From NCBI RefSeq assembly GCF_025526975.1, contig NW_026515694.1, positions 62,001-126,000 on the forward strand: a stretch of 64,000 nucleotides of DNA, written 5' to 3'. This DNA is from Fimicolochytrium jonesii (lineage: Eukaryota). Under the pieces are notes generated by a model that was not told the DNA's origin, did no database searches, and saw only the letters and a program-made list of their open reading frames with translations. Position 1 is the stretch's first letter. Each line of letters opens with the position of its first letter. A program made the position numbers and the translations under genes. Shown piece after piece: positions 25,123 to 36,187 of this stretch.

Positions 25123-25546
25123 ATTAGCTCTTGTCAAGATGTTGGGCCAATCGACCATATCTCATCGGTCGTTACTTCCAATGTTTTAGCGATCACAAGG
25201 CACTCGAATTCATTCAAACGCAACCCCATTTGAGCAGAAGACAAGCCAATTGGGTGGAGAAGCTACAAGAGTATGATTTTGACATCCAGTATTTCCCTGG
25301 ACAATGGAATCATATTGCCGACATGCTCTCCCGCAATCCAATCTATGCGCCTCGGTGTGTAGATTGTCAACGACGCCTCAACATGCATACGCAGATCAGC
25401 ACATGCTTGTCAACGAACCTTCCTCCAATGCTACGACAGAGGATCCACAAAATTCCCCTACCTGCTCAGAAGAAGAATGGAAAAAAGCGCTATGCAAAGA
25501 TCCATATTCGGATTATCTCGATGAAATTTCTCGAAAGCCTCAACAT
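25123..25546 (+). pseudogene. Family B RNase H / linker fragment
   Basis: FSDHKALEFIQTQPHLSRRQANW...NHIADMLSR; reverse complement of 45536-45959. Confidence 0.88.
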
Positions 25547-26261
25547 GCTAATCATCAGTACACCCATGAGTGGTGCGCACGCATGAGGCTCTAGCGCTGA
25601 TATAACCTTCTTTCCCATGCAGCCCTTCTCACTGACGGAGGAATTCACCGCTGTCTACTGTCTGCATTCATTGACACCCGATACAATCGAGATTCGGGAT
25701 GCGCAATCCAAGAAGTTGTCCGGTGTGTACGATTTGCCGTCAATCACTCTCAAAGGAGGCCGCCGAATGATCGCCGAAAATAAGCTGGCCAATGTTGTTT
25801 ACAAGTTTGGGACAGCTAATCCCGGTGCTCTTCCGCGCAACATCTACCCGGTGAGTGAACAAACAACGATGAAAATTGCAACTTTCCGATGTTGACAATC
25901 GTAATGGGCAATGCCCAGAAAGTGGGGTGCACGTGGAGCCACGTGACCCATTTGTGTTGCTGGCACGGCCGTAGTATCTAAAGGCCTTCAAGTTCGTTCT
26001 TTTCTTCCTCCTCACTGGAAAAGCAACGCAGATAGCAATTCAATCAGCTACCCACCCTCCCTTGTTTGCGATGGATGTATGTATATGCGGTGTTGCTAAT
26101 ATATGCGTGCGCGGTTTTGCCCGCGAAGCCGTTCCGTCGGGAGCCACCTATTGGGGTGGTCACCAGGCGGAACGGCAAACCCCAGCCATGGATTGTAAAT
26201 TTCCTTCCCTCAGGCGTGGTTGATGAATCTTACCAAGCCAAATGAACCCTATATCATCGAT

Positions 26262-28567
26262 ATGGCGACCACCGAAATCTACACCGCGATCGCGAGCGTG
26301 GAATACCCCGATACTTGCAATGTAAGAAAGGTAGCTTGAAAGCTAATAGCTCTTTCCGGCCCGGAACTAACGTCTCGAATCATCTTGATTTTTGAAATAC
26401 CCTCAGTCCATCGCGAGATCGGGCTCAAACCAGACTTCAAAGACCCTTCGCGGACATCAACCCGGACAAGAAGGTCAAGCCCTCCTGCAGTCCGTTTACG
26501 AGTTCCCGAAGACGTCGACCTCCTCGTCGGCACACTGGCAGAGGAGCCGAGACCAGACGGTACGGGTTCGGTGACACGGCGTTCCACATCTTCATCCTCA
26601 TGGCTTCCCGGCGATTGTTTCACGGATCGTTTCTTGACTGACGACTACCAAACCCGAGAATATACACCGCGGAGGGTATCAAGTACATCGAGACACAGGG
26701 CAACTTCAAGGGGTTGATCTCACGGCACTTCCCAGAGCTGGCCTCTTCTGTGACTCCGTCGACAACCCTTTCAAGGCCGTGGAAGCTTAGTTCTTGGACG
26801 GAGACTTCCGCGGAGTAGTATAGCAGATTCTTGACCTTTTGACCGATTTGCGGGTCGCATAGCACATTTCTAGTACCCTGGCTATAAACATATGACTGGC
26901 ATTGTGAAAACTGATTACCTAGCACTGTGTCCATCATAGTGTGTTCCCTTTTTTGAGATGTCTTCCCAGTGAGCGACGCGCGGATCTGCCGGCGAGAGTC
27001 GCGCATGAGTTCTTCGCAGCTTTCGGCAGGGAATCAGCATTGGCCTACCACCCACCCAACCCCGCCTACTTCAACGTCAAGAGTCTTAGCGAGCCTCTCA
27101 AAGTGCTTGCACTCCCCCACCAACCGGCCGTCGGTCCGTATGTTCAATGGGACCCCTTTCTACCGTGCAGCATACGTTGCTTTTCGACCTTCTCGACCTG
27201 CTACACAAAGAGGATGACCTCAGACCGCTTCACTACACAGTGTGCGGCAACAAGGGAGGCAGAAAGTATAAGCGGGAGCTCATCAAGGCCATTGTTGAAG
27301 AGGAGGATAACGTGAAGGCTTTGGTCGAGAGAAAACAGGTCCGGACGGACGACCTCAACCATGTGGTCGAACGGTACACTGGACGCAAAAAGGGAAATCA
27401 AGCAGAAGCCCAAAGGGCCTTTTGCGCGCTGTTTGGTATGCGGGGTTCCTTTTACCACTTTAGGAGTCGCTCTATCGCTATATGAATTCCTTATTTTATA
27501 TGATATGCAGAAAAGTCAGGGTTCAAAGGTCCCCGTTTGCAAGACAAGTATGAGTTCCCGTCCGTGTCGGACATCGAAAGAGCGAGTTCTGCTATCCGAC
27601 GAAAGCATTCTTGATAAAGGCTTTCCCAATGGAAGACCTTCGAGGCTTTTGCCGCGATCCCTCTGTTGAGGACGCTCGAGTGGCCGATACCTTGATAGCG
27701 GACAAAGTTCAGCATGAAGGAGTTTATTTGCCTGATCTCGTTCGCGGGTGTATGCTGTTGGAGATTCCGTTCGACCGAGACATGGCCCGACACCGGGAAT
27801 GGTCCCACGACGAGCTTGAAGAGAGAATAGAGGATGCGCTGCGAGTTGTCGTTATGGAAAGGGGGTTTTCCACGCCATACGCAGGTGGCAAAAAGAAGGT
27901 CGGTTTTTCCTTGTTTTTCCGGACACTTATCCTCGCGAAACTAAATCTCATTGTAGGACCCCGTCGAATGCATAGACTTGACGTTTGAAGATATAGGTGT
28001 GTGATGAAAAAAACTGTTATGCGAAGAAATAGGAGCGGTTGCTCACAAGTTCTCTCCAGCCGGTGGGAAAAGGAAGCGGACAGCGGGCGATAATGAGAGT
28101 AAAGTTTTGAGAGTTTTCCTCAGCAAACTCACCAATGGGTTACGGTTGGGGATGGACGAAGAGAAGAAGTCGAAACAAGTAAAAAAACAGAGCAAGAAAC
28201 AAGACGGAGGCTTCTGCGTACGTTTACGAATCCGGAGATTTGTTGCGCCGCTTGTCGATTCCCGACACAGGACTAAATCTTCCTATAGACTACAGCTCAG
28301 TTTCGGCGCCGGTTGACGAAAGCCGGCCTCCGACTGTTACCAGACCAAGACGTCTTACACATCATTGCATCATCAAATGGGGGTGCAGACCACGTCGACA
28401 ACTACCATTGGCTCGGCAACCGGGTTCTCGACATTCAGATGGGAAATAAGACCGATCACATCTATTGCTATCTTGCCGGGCAAGTGATGGCGCGGGCGGC
28501 GGTCAAGATCTCGAAGAAGCACGGAAAACAGGACAGGCATGAAGTACCAAGGGGACGACGCCGATAA
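26262..28567 (+). pseudogene. Decayed, probably intron-containing gene ending in an HNH-like nuclease motif
   Basis: Protein-like ORF pieces at 27147, 27611 and 28313. The last has DVLHIIASSNGGADHVDNY...GNK, an H..GG..N HNH pattern. Stops and frameshifts; the 5' boundary is uncertain. Confidence 0.45.
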
Positions 28568-29843
28568 ACTTCATATAAAAGGTGAAGAGGTTTTCCGAAG
28601 AGCTGCTGCCGACGCCAGAGATAAAAAGCGGCAAAATCTCGGTGCCGCTTGAGTCGAGCAGAGGGTAGAGGGGCTCATCGCCGAGCAAAGGAGCCATCCT
28701 TCCCTTGGAACACTGTTCTGCTGTTACCTTGGACTCATATGCAAGATTCCGTTTCTTGGATTAATGTAGCGTTAGATCTTAGGAGTGGCATAATGAATAT
28801 GCCGGACGAAAACTGCAGAGACTTACCTTCCGTCTCCGGCTTTTATGTAGTTCGCGCTTGTTGATTTCGTTCCGCGCGGATGTCACGCAGCGCAGCGGCA
28901 ACGGTTAACTTCCAGTAGAAGACCGTGCGCATGCATAGCATCACCGCACCGCACCTTACTGCACATGTACATAGTGGGAATGTAAGATCGGCTCAATAAT
29001 GCATACAAAGCACAAATCCTGATGGGAGTCGTCTTTGCAACCTAGTACGTGACGCCATTCGCTTCTTTTTCAACGTTCAGTAGAACCATCCCATTCGATG
29101 ACCCGAGCCGGATACTGCAGATCCAGTTCCGAACCGCAGGCGTTGCCCGTCTTTGAGCTGATCGGCATTCTTGTTCATAGAGTAGGTGACCGAATGGTGA
29201 GAAAGGACTCGGACGGACTTTGGATGATGAGAGAGGCGACGTTTGAGTCCCTCCCCGGTTCCCAACGCGTGATTCATGTCATGACAAAGACGCGTCAAGG
29301 CCGTTGTGCATCCATCATCATTGTACCAGGTCTCCCGAAGTCCACAATCCACAACCCGGCGGAACTATCTATCTTGAGCGTTTCCGTGATGCATCTCCTG
29401 CGTTTCTCCTGTCTCGCTGTTCTAATGCCTCCTGCTTCGTTTTGAGGAACATGAAAGGTGGAACCGCCGGATATTAAAACGAACCGACTTCCGCCCCCGT
29501 TTGGCGCCAGCGGTGGCTCGAGTTCAATCGTTGTCATCTCGAGAGCGCGTGCTGGTGGCAGCGCTTGAATGAGATGGATTGGATGGCCTCGACTCCTATG
29601 ATTCATTTCTGTTCAGAAATGTTTGTAGATTCACGTTCTTTTTTGGTTTTCATTGTTCTTGGGCCTGCTATAGACGATTTGTGTAGAAGCAATTGGATTA
29701 AGATGGCGTAGTATTTACCTACATATCCTCAGTTATGTTATCAAATAACAAACTCGGCTAGTGAACAAGAGTAGTATCTACAGCAGATGCAATTTCAGAT
29801 TTGTTGTAATGAACAGCAAACGCAACCTACGCTACGAGCTACA

Positions 29844-30314
29844 CTACAAGATAACACAATTAACCTTAACCCGCGGCAGCAAGGGGGGTATTGGATGTCT
29901 AACACTCTCAACCCTCTCAACCACAACCCCAACAACAGCTAACAGCCCCAAACACACCACCGCGACCAGCAACCCGCCCATGAAATCCACGATCTGCTGA
30001 TCTCGCCATATCAACAGGGACATCTCCCACACGGTGCGGCCGAGGATCCAGTACTGCACTGCAAAGTAAAGGAGGTAGACGCCCACAATGCTTGTGGTCA
30101 AGACGTCGAAGGCACGGTGTAATCGCGGCCGAAGCCACAGCACCGCCACATGTGCCTTGACTTTGGGCCAGATCAGTGCGTTCCTGCATTGTCGGTGGTT
30201 GCGTTTTGAGTCGTGGTGCAGGAAGAGGGCGGAGGCGATTGTGGCACCTGTTGCGAGGAGTTTGCCGTAGTGGGTGCGTATGAAATCGTAGAGGGGTTCG
30301 AGGGACTCGGGCAT
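29844..30314 (-). CDS. Hypothetical 156-aa membrane protein ending in CaaX (CVIL)
   Basis: ATG at 30314, 2-3 hydrophobic segments, C-terminal CVIL-stop. Overlaps the end of another ORF (30173-30676). Confidence 0.35.
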   Translation of the reverse strand: MPESLEPLYDFIRTHYGKLLATGATIASALFLHHDSKRNHRQCRNALIWPKVKAHVAVLWLRPRLHRAFDVLTTSIVGVYLLYFAVQYWILGRTVWEMSLLIWRDQQIVDFMGGLLVAVVCLGLLAVVGVVVERVESVRHPIPPLLPRVKVNCVIL

Positions 30315-32991
30315 TGGGCGCGGCGGTGGATGATGCGGCGGCGGAGGTTCTCGATGATGGCGCCTGATGTAGCATCTCTGACCTGCTTTGAAGTGGCTTC
30401 CCGGTTGTACTTCACATCGAGTATCAGAGATTGCGGATCGTCCGAGCGTGGTAGGATTCTGCGCGCGGTTTCCAGAGCTGGTGCGAGTGCACTTTTGACG
30501 AGTGTGTCTATTTCTTTCCTCAAGGCCGACTTGGAGATCATGCACAAGTCTTCGTCGCTGGCTAGGAGGGTGCGCAGGGAACGAATGATGACCGTGGTAG
30601 CAGGGCATCCTAGGGTCGCTACGTGACTCCGTGCCCAATCCACATATCTGACAAGACGCACAAAAGTGTCAGCCATCGGAAGGCGAGTGCGTCCTTAACA
30701 GTTCTTGCGCGCAAAGTTCTTTACCTTTCGATGTACAGACTCTTCTTATCAGCAAGCTGTTTCCCCAACAGCACAACACCAGCGCTCTGCTCCGGTTCCT
30801 GCCCCACTCTCGCCGCCAAAATCCGCATCGCTTCCGATATCCTCTTCACCCTGCTGTCCAGGTTATCGATAAAAGCATCGTACGTGATGGTTCGCGGATC
30901 CGGTGGAAGGAGCTGCGAGACCTGGCAGTCGAATATTTCCAGCAGGGGTTGGCGTGATGACCTCACTTTTGGCACGGGAGTTGTGCCGAGTTTACCATCA
31001 GTGACTCGGAGGGTCTCATCATGAACAAGGCTAACAGTTGCCAGCCCGGCTTCGGTCTTCGATTCCAGCGGCTCGGTGGCCCTCAACTCAATTTACCTCG
31101 AAAAGGTCATTTTCATTCGAGACAGTTTGAAGCCTGCCTTTCTGGAAACCAGTGATGCTGGCGTCCCCGCTGAAAGCCTTCATATCGCACTAACCAGCGG
31201 CGATTGAAGATGCGCATCCTCCAAGTACCGGAGCCCGGAGCTGTTTCTCGAATTGATCCCCGCCATGATTCTCGCGAGTAGATCTTGTTACTCGTAAGCA
31301 ACATTCCCTAAGCTAGCCGACAACGTTTCGTGGGGCGCTCAGGTACCGGTTCAGCCGACTTCCTAGGCCGTCTGCGCAAGATGGGTTCGACCAAAGGGCC
31401 GCTTGAAGCGACGGCAGGAATGCCGATGTCAGCTTCCAGCTCTTCAGTTTCGCAAGCGGACGAATCGCGGCTCCAACGGCTTACCCTGGGTTGTTTGGGC
31501 AGTGGGGCCGGTGGCGCTATGACTCCGGTCGTAGGTATCTCAGCCTCCAGGTCTCGCCCTGAACGGCGGGTCGGGGCTTGGCCTATGGCTTCTACCGGGC
31601 GGAGGACAACGTCCTCCACATCCTCCTCTATTCTAGCACATTTGCGAACTCATAACGCCTCGGGCGACCTTTTAGCCTTGCGCTTAGTCCCTCTCGGGAC
31701 CCTCCACCGTCAGATCCACAGCTTTCGGAAGAGTGGGAAAGTCAGGAGGAGTCGGTTGGGGAACAGGCACTTTTGGAGGATCATCGTCCCTGCCGACGGC
31801 TGCTAACCTCCTCCTTGCCCCTATGTCGTCCCATATAACTCTCGCCTTCTTCTTGTCTTGAGCGGTGTACAAAGTGCTGCTGCCGGCTCGCTTCTTTCCC
31901 TGGTTGAAGACTGGCACGGGAGGTGGCTCGTACTTTCGGAACTCGGCGTGTGGGCGTAGGAGCTGGAACGGAGACGAAGGTTGCGTTCTGATCTAGTATG
32001 TCAAAGATCTCATTTCTCTGGCCAGTCCGATCGCTTAGGACCACCGCGTCACGGGGGCTCACAGGTTGAGAAGGCTGCGGTGAGGGCGTGGTGTCACATA
32101 CACCTCCATGGGAACTTCAGCCGTTCGGCCAGGGAACGTTCCGGGCATAACATAGTCTCCTTTTCGGCGCGGGGAACTTGGGCGAGCGGTCAACAACTCC
32201 GGTCGCGACGCCGACTCGATGCGTGCCGTCCATTGGATCTACGCGGATCTCCATCTCTCGCGTCTGAATAACAGGATTGACATTTTTGGTGTTCAGATTT
32301 AGCTTCTCCTCGGGAACCTCCTTCCCCCCACTGGGAGCCTGGAACTGAAGGCCAGTTTGAGCCGTAACTTCAGCGGGGTAGTTGTACACGTAACCTGTCT
32401 GATCAGGGATCGGCAACCCGCTTGTAGAGGTAGAGGGTACCAACGGAGATCGCGGTCCCCGCTCGCCTCGAAGGCGTGATGCGATCCAGGAAACGTTCGC
32501 GTTCACGGTAATCCTTCTCTGCTTTGAGGAACTCCTGGGCATCTTTGTAGGCTTTCGATTGAAGCCTGGCTGCATTGAAGCTTCAACGCTTCAACGGAGG
32601 AGATGACCGTCTCATGTTTTGGAGCGGTGTAGTTCTGTTTAGTAGCGAGGTCCTTCCGGTGGATGTTCCTGTTCCACGCGTACTTCACATTGGGGACACC
32701 CGAACGCGTCGAGATGACCGTAGTCAAGCGCCTGGCCAATCTGATGGCGTTGGAGGTTCGTAATCGGCTTGGGCCGATTGATACCTTGGGCTTCGAGAGG
32801 GTTTGCCCTGTAGATGGCCGCCATTCTCGCACTTTCTAAAGCGATGAGAAAAAATTCTATCCATCATGCTAAGACAGCGAAACCCTCGATGCCCAGTTTC
32901 CTTCAGAACGTCAAGACTAAAGCCCGTCATCTGTTCACGAACGCGCCGTCGTATCTGAACAAGGCGAGAGGGTTCGCTACCCAAGTCGTGA

Positions 32992-33267
32992 TGTCGGGGA
33001 TATCTCATCTTCACTTGTATTTCATATATATATCTCTTTACTTCTACTTGATCCAAGACCCAGGCTGGCCACCCGAGCTCTCGGTGATACATGACATAAG
33101 GCGCCAAGCCTCACTGAAGCCACGCAAGCCCCACTGGCAGCCCATATATAAAGCTGTCAGTCGAGCGGCCGCTGCGATGAGCTTCTTACTTTTTTCTTCA
33201 CTACAATACACTGCTCTCAGCCCTCTCAGAAGGGCCCAATGTTGTCTACATTTCCTCTGACGATACA
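32992..33267 (+). repeat. Family-B LTR (no PBS, no TSD)
   Basis: TGTCGGGG...GATACA; flanks CGTGA / CCAGG; abuts B pol on the minus strand. Confidence 0.9.
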
Positions 33268-35330
33268 CCAGGACTTGAGGAGTGTTGTATCCATCCTTTT
33301 TCGAGCATCGAGGTGATTTGTTTCTTGAGTTCAGCGAGTTCTTCTTTGTTCATGTGCCGAAGAGGTTGCCAAACGGGTTCAGCACCTTCAGTGAGTTCGA
33401 TCTTGAAATCATCTTCTCCGCGATCAGGGGGTAGACCTTCCGGTTCCTTGAAGAGCGTATTGACGTGTTTATTTAGGATATCCTTGAGATGTCCTGGATT
33501 TTTTTTAAGCTCTTGTGGAGCGTCCAGTATTTCGTTAAGAGCGAGGGGACAGACTGGGTCTTTTTCAAACTTGTTCCGTCGCCAAGCCTTATTGAATTGC
33601 TTAAAAGTCATTTCTATGACTTGAGGATTGCGAAGGGCATTGGCTTGAGCAAATCGAGATATATAATGAGGTGCGGCTGGTAGAGGACGAGTATCCACAG
33701 GTTTACTGATCCGAACAGGTCGAACAGGTCTTTTGTCATAGACCGGATCTCGTTGTACATCGAAGTAAGGGTTGTTGTGTTTCGGGATGTATTCGACGTC
33801 TTCCCAGTTTCTTGAAGTTCTTTCGCACTTGATGGTGACAGACTGCGGTGCGTTTGGTATAGGGCCGTAATTGGTCCAGCGAAGGGTAGGTAAGGTACTC
33901 ATCGAGAATTGTTCAGCGTAATTAAAGAAACGCCAGAAAGGCTTTCCAATAATAGCGTCGTAAGCCAGATTACTGACTAGCCAGGGTAGTTGTCCAACTA
34001 AGAAAAGCGACTGAGATTTGAGATCCCATAGATCTAACTTTTCCGAAACGACTGTGTCGACAATCATGTATGATTCTTTGCCGGCCAGCCATATCTGCTT
34101 CGGTTTGATACGTTTCTTGGGAAATTTGTGCTTTCGACGAATGTCTTATCAAGGAATAACCCAGTTGCGCCGCTATCGAAAAGAACACGAGCAAACTTGT
34201 TTCCGAATGCGACAATGAGAGACCCAGAGTCCAGCAGACAGTGGTTCGAAGGCAGGTTTATTGGTAGGATCGTATGTGGTAGGCCAAGCAGAGCTACCGA
34301 GGGGCTCTATCGACCTTGGAAGAAACTCGAAGCTTGATTTTTAGTAGTATTCGTAGTATTCGCTGAGTTGACGGCGTCATCGAGAATTTCCGTAATGCAT
34401 GACCCAGCATCAACCTGATTGGCTGAACCTTGTTGTTGATTAGGTTGGCAACTGGGCTGCGGAGTTTGAGCGCCACGACCGCGCTGTCGAAGACCACCGC
34501 GTCGCTTCTGGGTTTGCGAGCCTTGCTGTCGATTTTTCGGGATTTGACCAGCATTCAACTCTCCAATGTCCCATTTTGTTACAAAGGGGACAGGGAGTCG
34601 TTGGACGTTGACGAGGACCGTGAGTAGCTTGCCAGTGTCCACGTCAACGAAAGGGCTGTTGACGTTGGTAGGGAACTTGACCTGTAGTGAGACGACTCAC
34701 TCCAGGGGGATAGTATGACGTACCGAGGGCATTGAGCCCAAAGGTCATATCATCTAAGTCTTGCTCAAATTCCGTAATTCGAGGATTGGTGTAAGGGGCG
34801 TATCGTCCACCACGACCACCGCCACAACTACCTCGACCTCAACTGGCTCCACGGCCGTCACGAGAACTTGATGCCGAGGCAATCGGACGAGGCGTATTGG
34901 CTTGGTTGCCGTCAGTGAACCCATGAGCCACATGAGCACGACGAGCTGCAGTGATAGCTTGATCGAGAGTGATAGGGGTGTTGATATTGGTAGTGCCCGA
35001 GATTTCAAAGTTCGTAACGGCTTCAGCGAGATAATGACCGATTCCTGTATTCTTGAGAAGACCAGCCTTGAAGTATCAAATCTGATCGATAAGGGGAATG
35101 GTGCCTTGAGTGTTATCGAGACGATGAGCGGCTTCGAGCTCATTATTGGTGTCTTGAAACTCCTTGATACATTTTTTGAGAGAGTCACCGAGCTTGAGAC
35201 CGGAGAGCTTGAGCTCAATAGTATTATGCAAGTTGCGAGGATAGAAGTGAGCGACGAGAGCCGTTTCGAAAGCTGCCCAATTTGCAGGAGGTCCAGCGGC
35301 GTAAGTCGTATTGTACCACTCGAGAGCAGT
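33268..35330 (-). pseudogene. Family B gag(3')-PR-RT(N-terminal) fragment
   Basis: Gag matching 46640-47460, PR LFDSGATG, and EPEGLPPDRGEDDFKIEL..WIQHSSSP. Confidence 0.88.
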
Positions 35331-35467
35331 ACGTTGAGTGCGTGAGTTGAGTGCGTTGAGTGTCAAAAAAAAAGAACGAGGGAAAACAAGCAGTGCGTTT
35401 CACTACACATATTTATTCTATCCTATAAATCTTCCACTTGGGAAGGGTTTGTTTTGTTTTGTGCAAG

Positions 35468-35968
35468 CTAGTAGAGCGGTTAGGTTCGGCGCCCATCTGG
35501 TAATCTCCTCCTTTTATCTTGTTTATTGCTGAGGCCTTCACGCCGTTGTTCATATTGGTACAACTGCGTCCTGTAACATCTAAAACCTTTGTTGACCATT
35601 TGTATGAACTCTTTCTTGATTTGTCCATCCAATACTTTTTTGAAATTGTCGTAGGTCAGAAGATCGACATTCTGTTTCTTATTGGTCCCCTTGCAGCTCA
35701 CCTTGCTGCGCTTCTTGCTCCGTAGGAACTGCTCTTCATCTCCAACCACAAAGTACATCTTGGGTGCCAGGGCAATCAGCGCTGTCCCGGTGAACTCTAT
35801 CTTGAATAGCCCCGGGGTCTTCTCGTTGTATTCATCCCCATCGGCAACCAACCATAACCCGCGTTCCTGTAGAAACTGCTCCTTGAGTTCTGGCCTCACC
35901 AGGGAATCAATGGTGTCACCGGCAAGCGCCATATACATGCTATCTGTGTCCATCTGAAGCAGCTCAGA
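35468..35968 (-). pseudogene. C-terminal fragment of a protein-primed family-B DNA polymerase (Polinton/Maverick-like)
   Basis: ELLQMDTDSMY (motif C), KTPGLFKIEF, ALAPKMY, KVSCKG and DKRRRLPDG..T*PLY*. Cut at 35969 by a C LTR. Confidence 0.82.
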
Positions 35969-36187
35969 TGTAATAATGCTAGGTCCGTTGCCAGAGGCTA
36001 GCTCTGTCTCCGCTCGATGTATTGAAAGAATTCTAGAGTTTCTACCTCCTGGGGCGCCGCCCAAAGGCTTTTCTTCCCTTCAGGAGTCACCCCAGAGCGT
36101 AGGACTCCAATATAATCTATGCTACCCGTGATCTCATGCCCTACGCGCTTCCCCGCACTAAGGTGACACCTGCAGCATCTCATTACA
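35969..36187 (-). repeat. Family-C 3' LTR with adjacent PPT (36188-36195)
   Basis: Reverse complement of 43724-43940, plus the upstream GTGACACTTCGCTCTAAGGGGGG. Confidence 0.9.

Noticed and set aside
29077..29606. Possible FHA-like remnant (LWIVDFG..GT; LKDGQRLRFG)
   Set aside because: Fragments lie in different frames and the core FHA residues are not recognisable.
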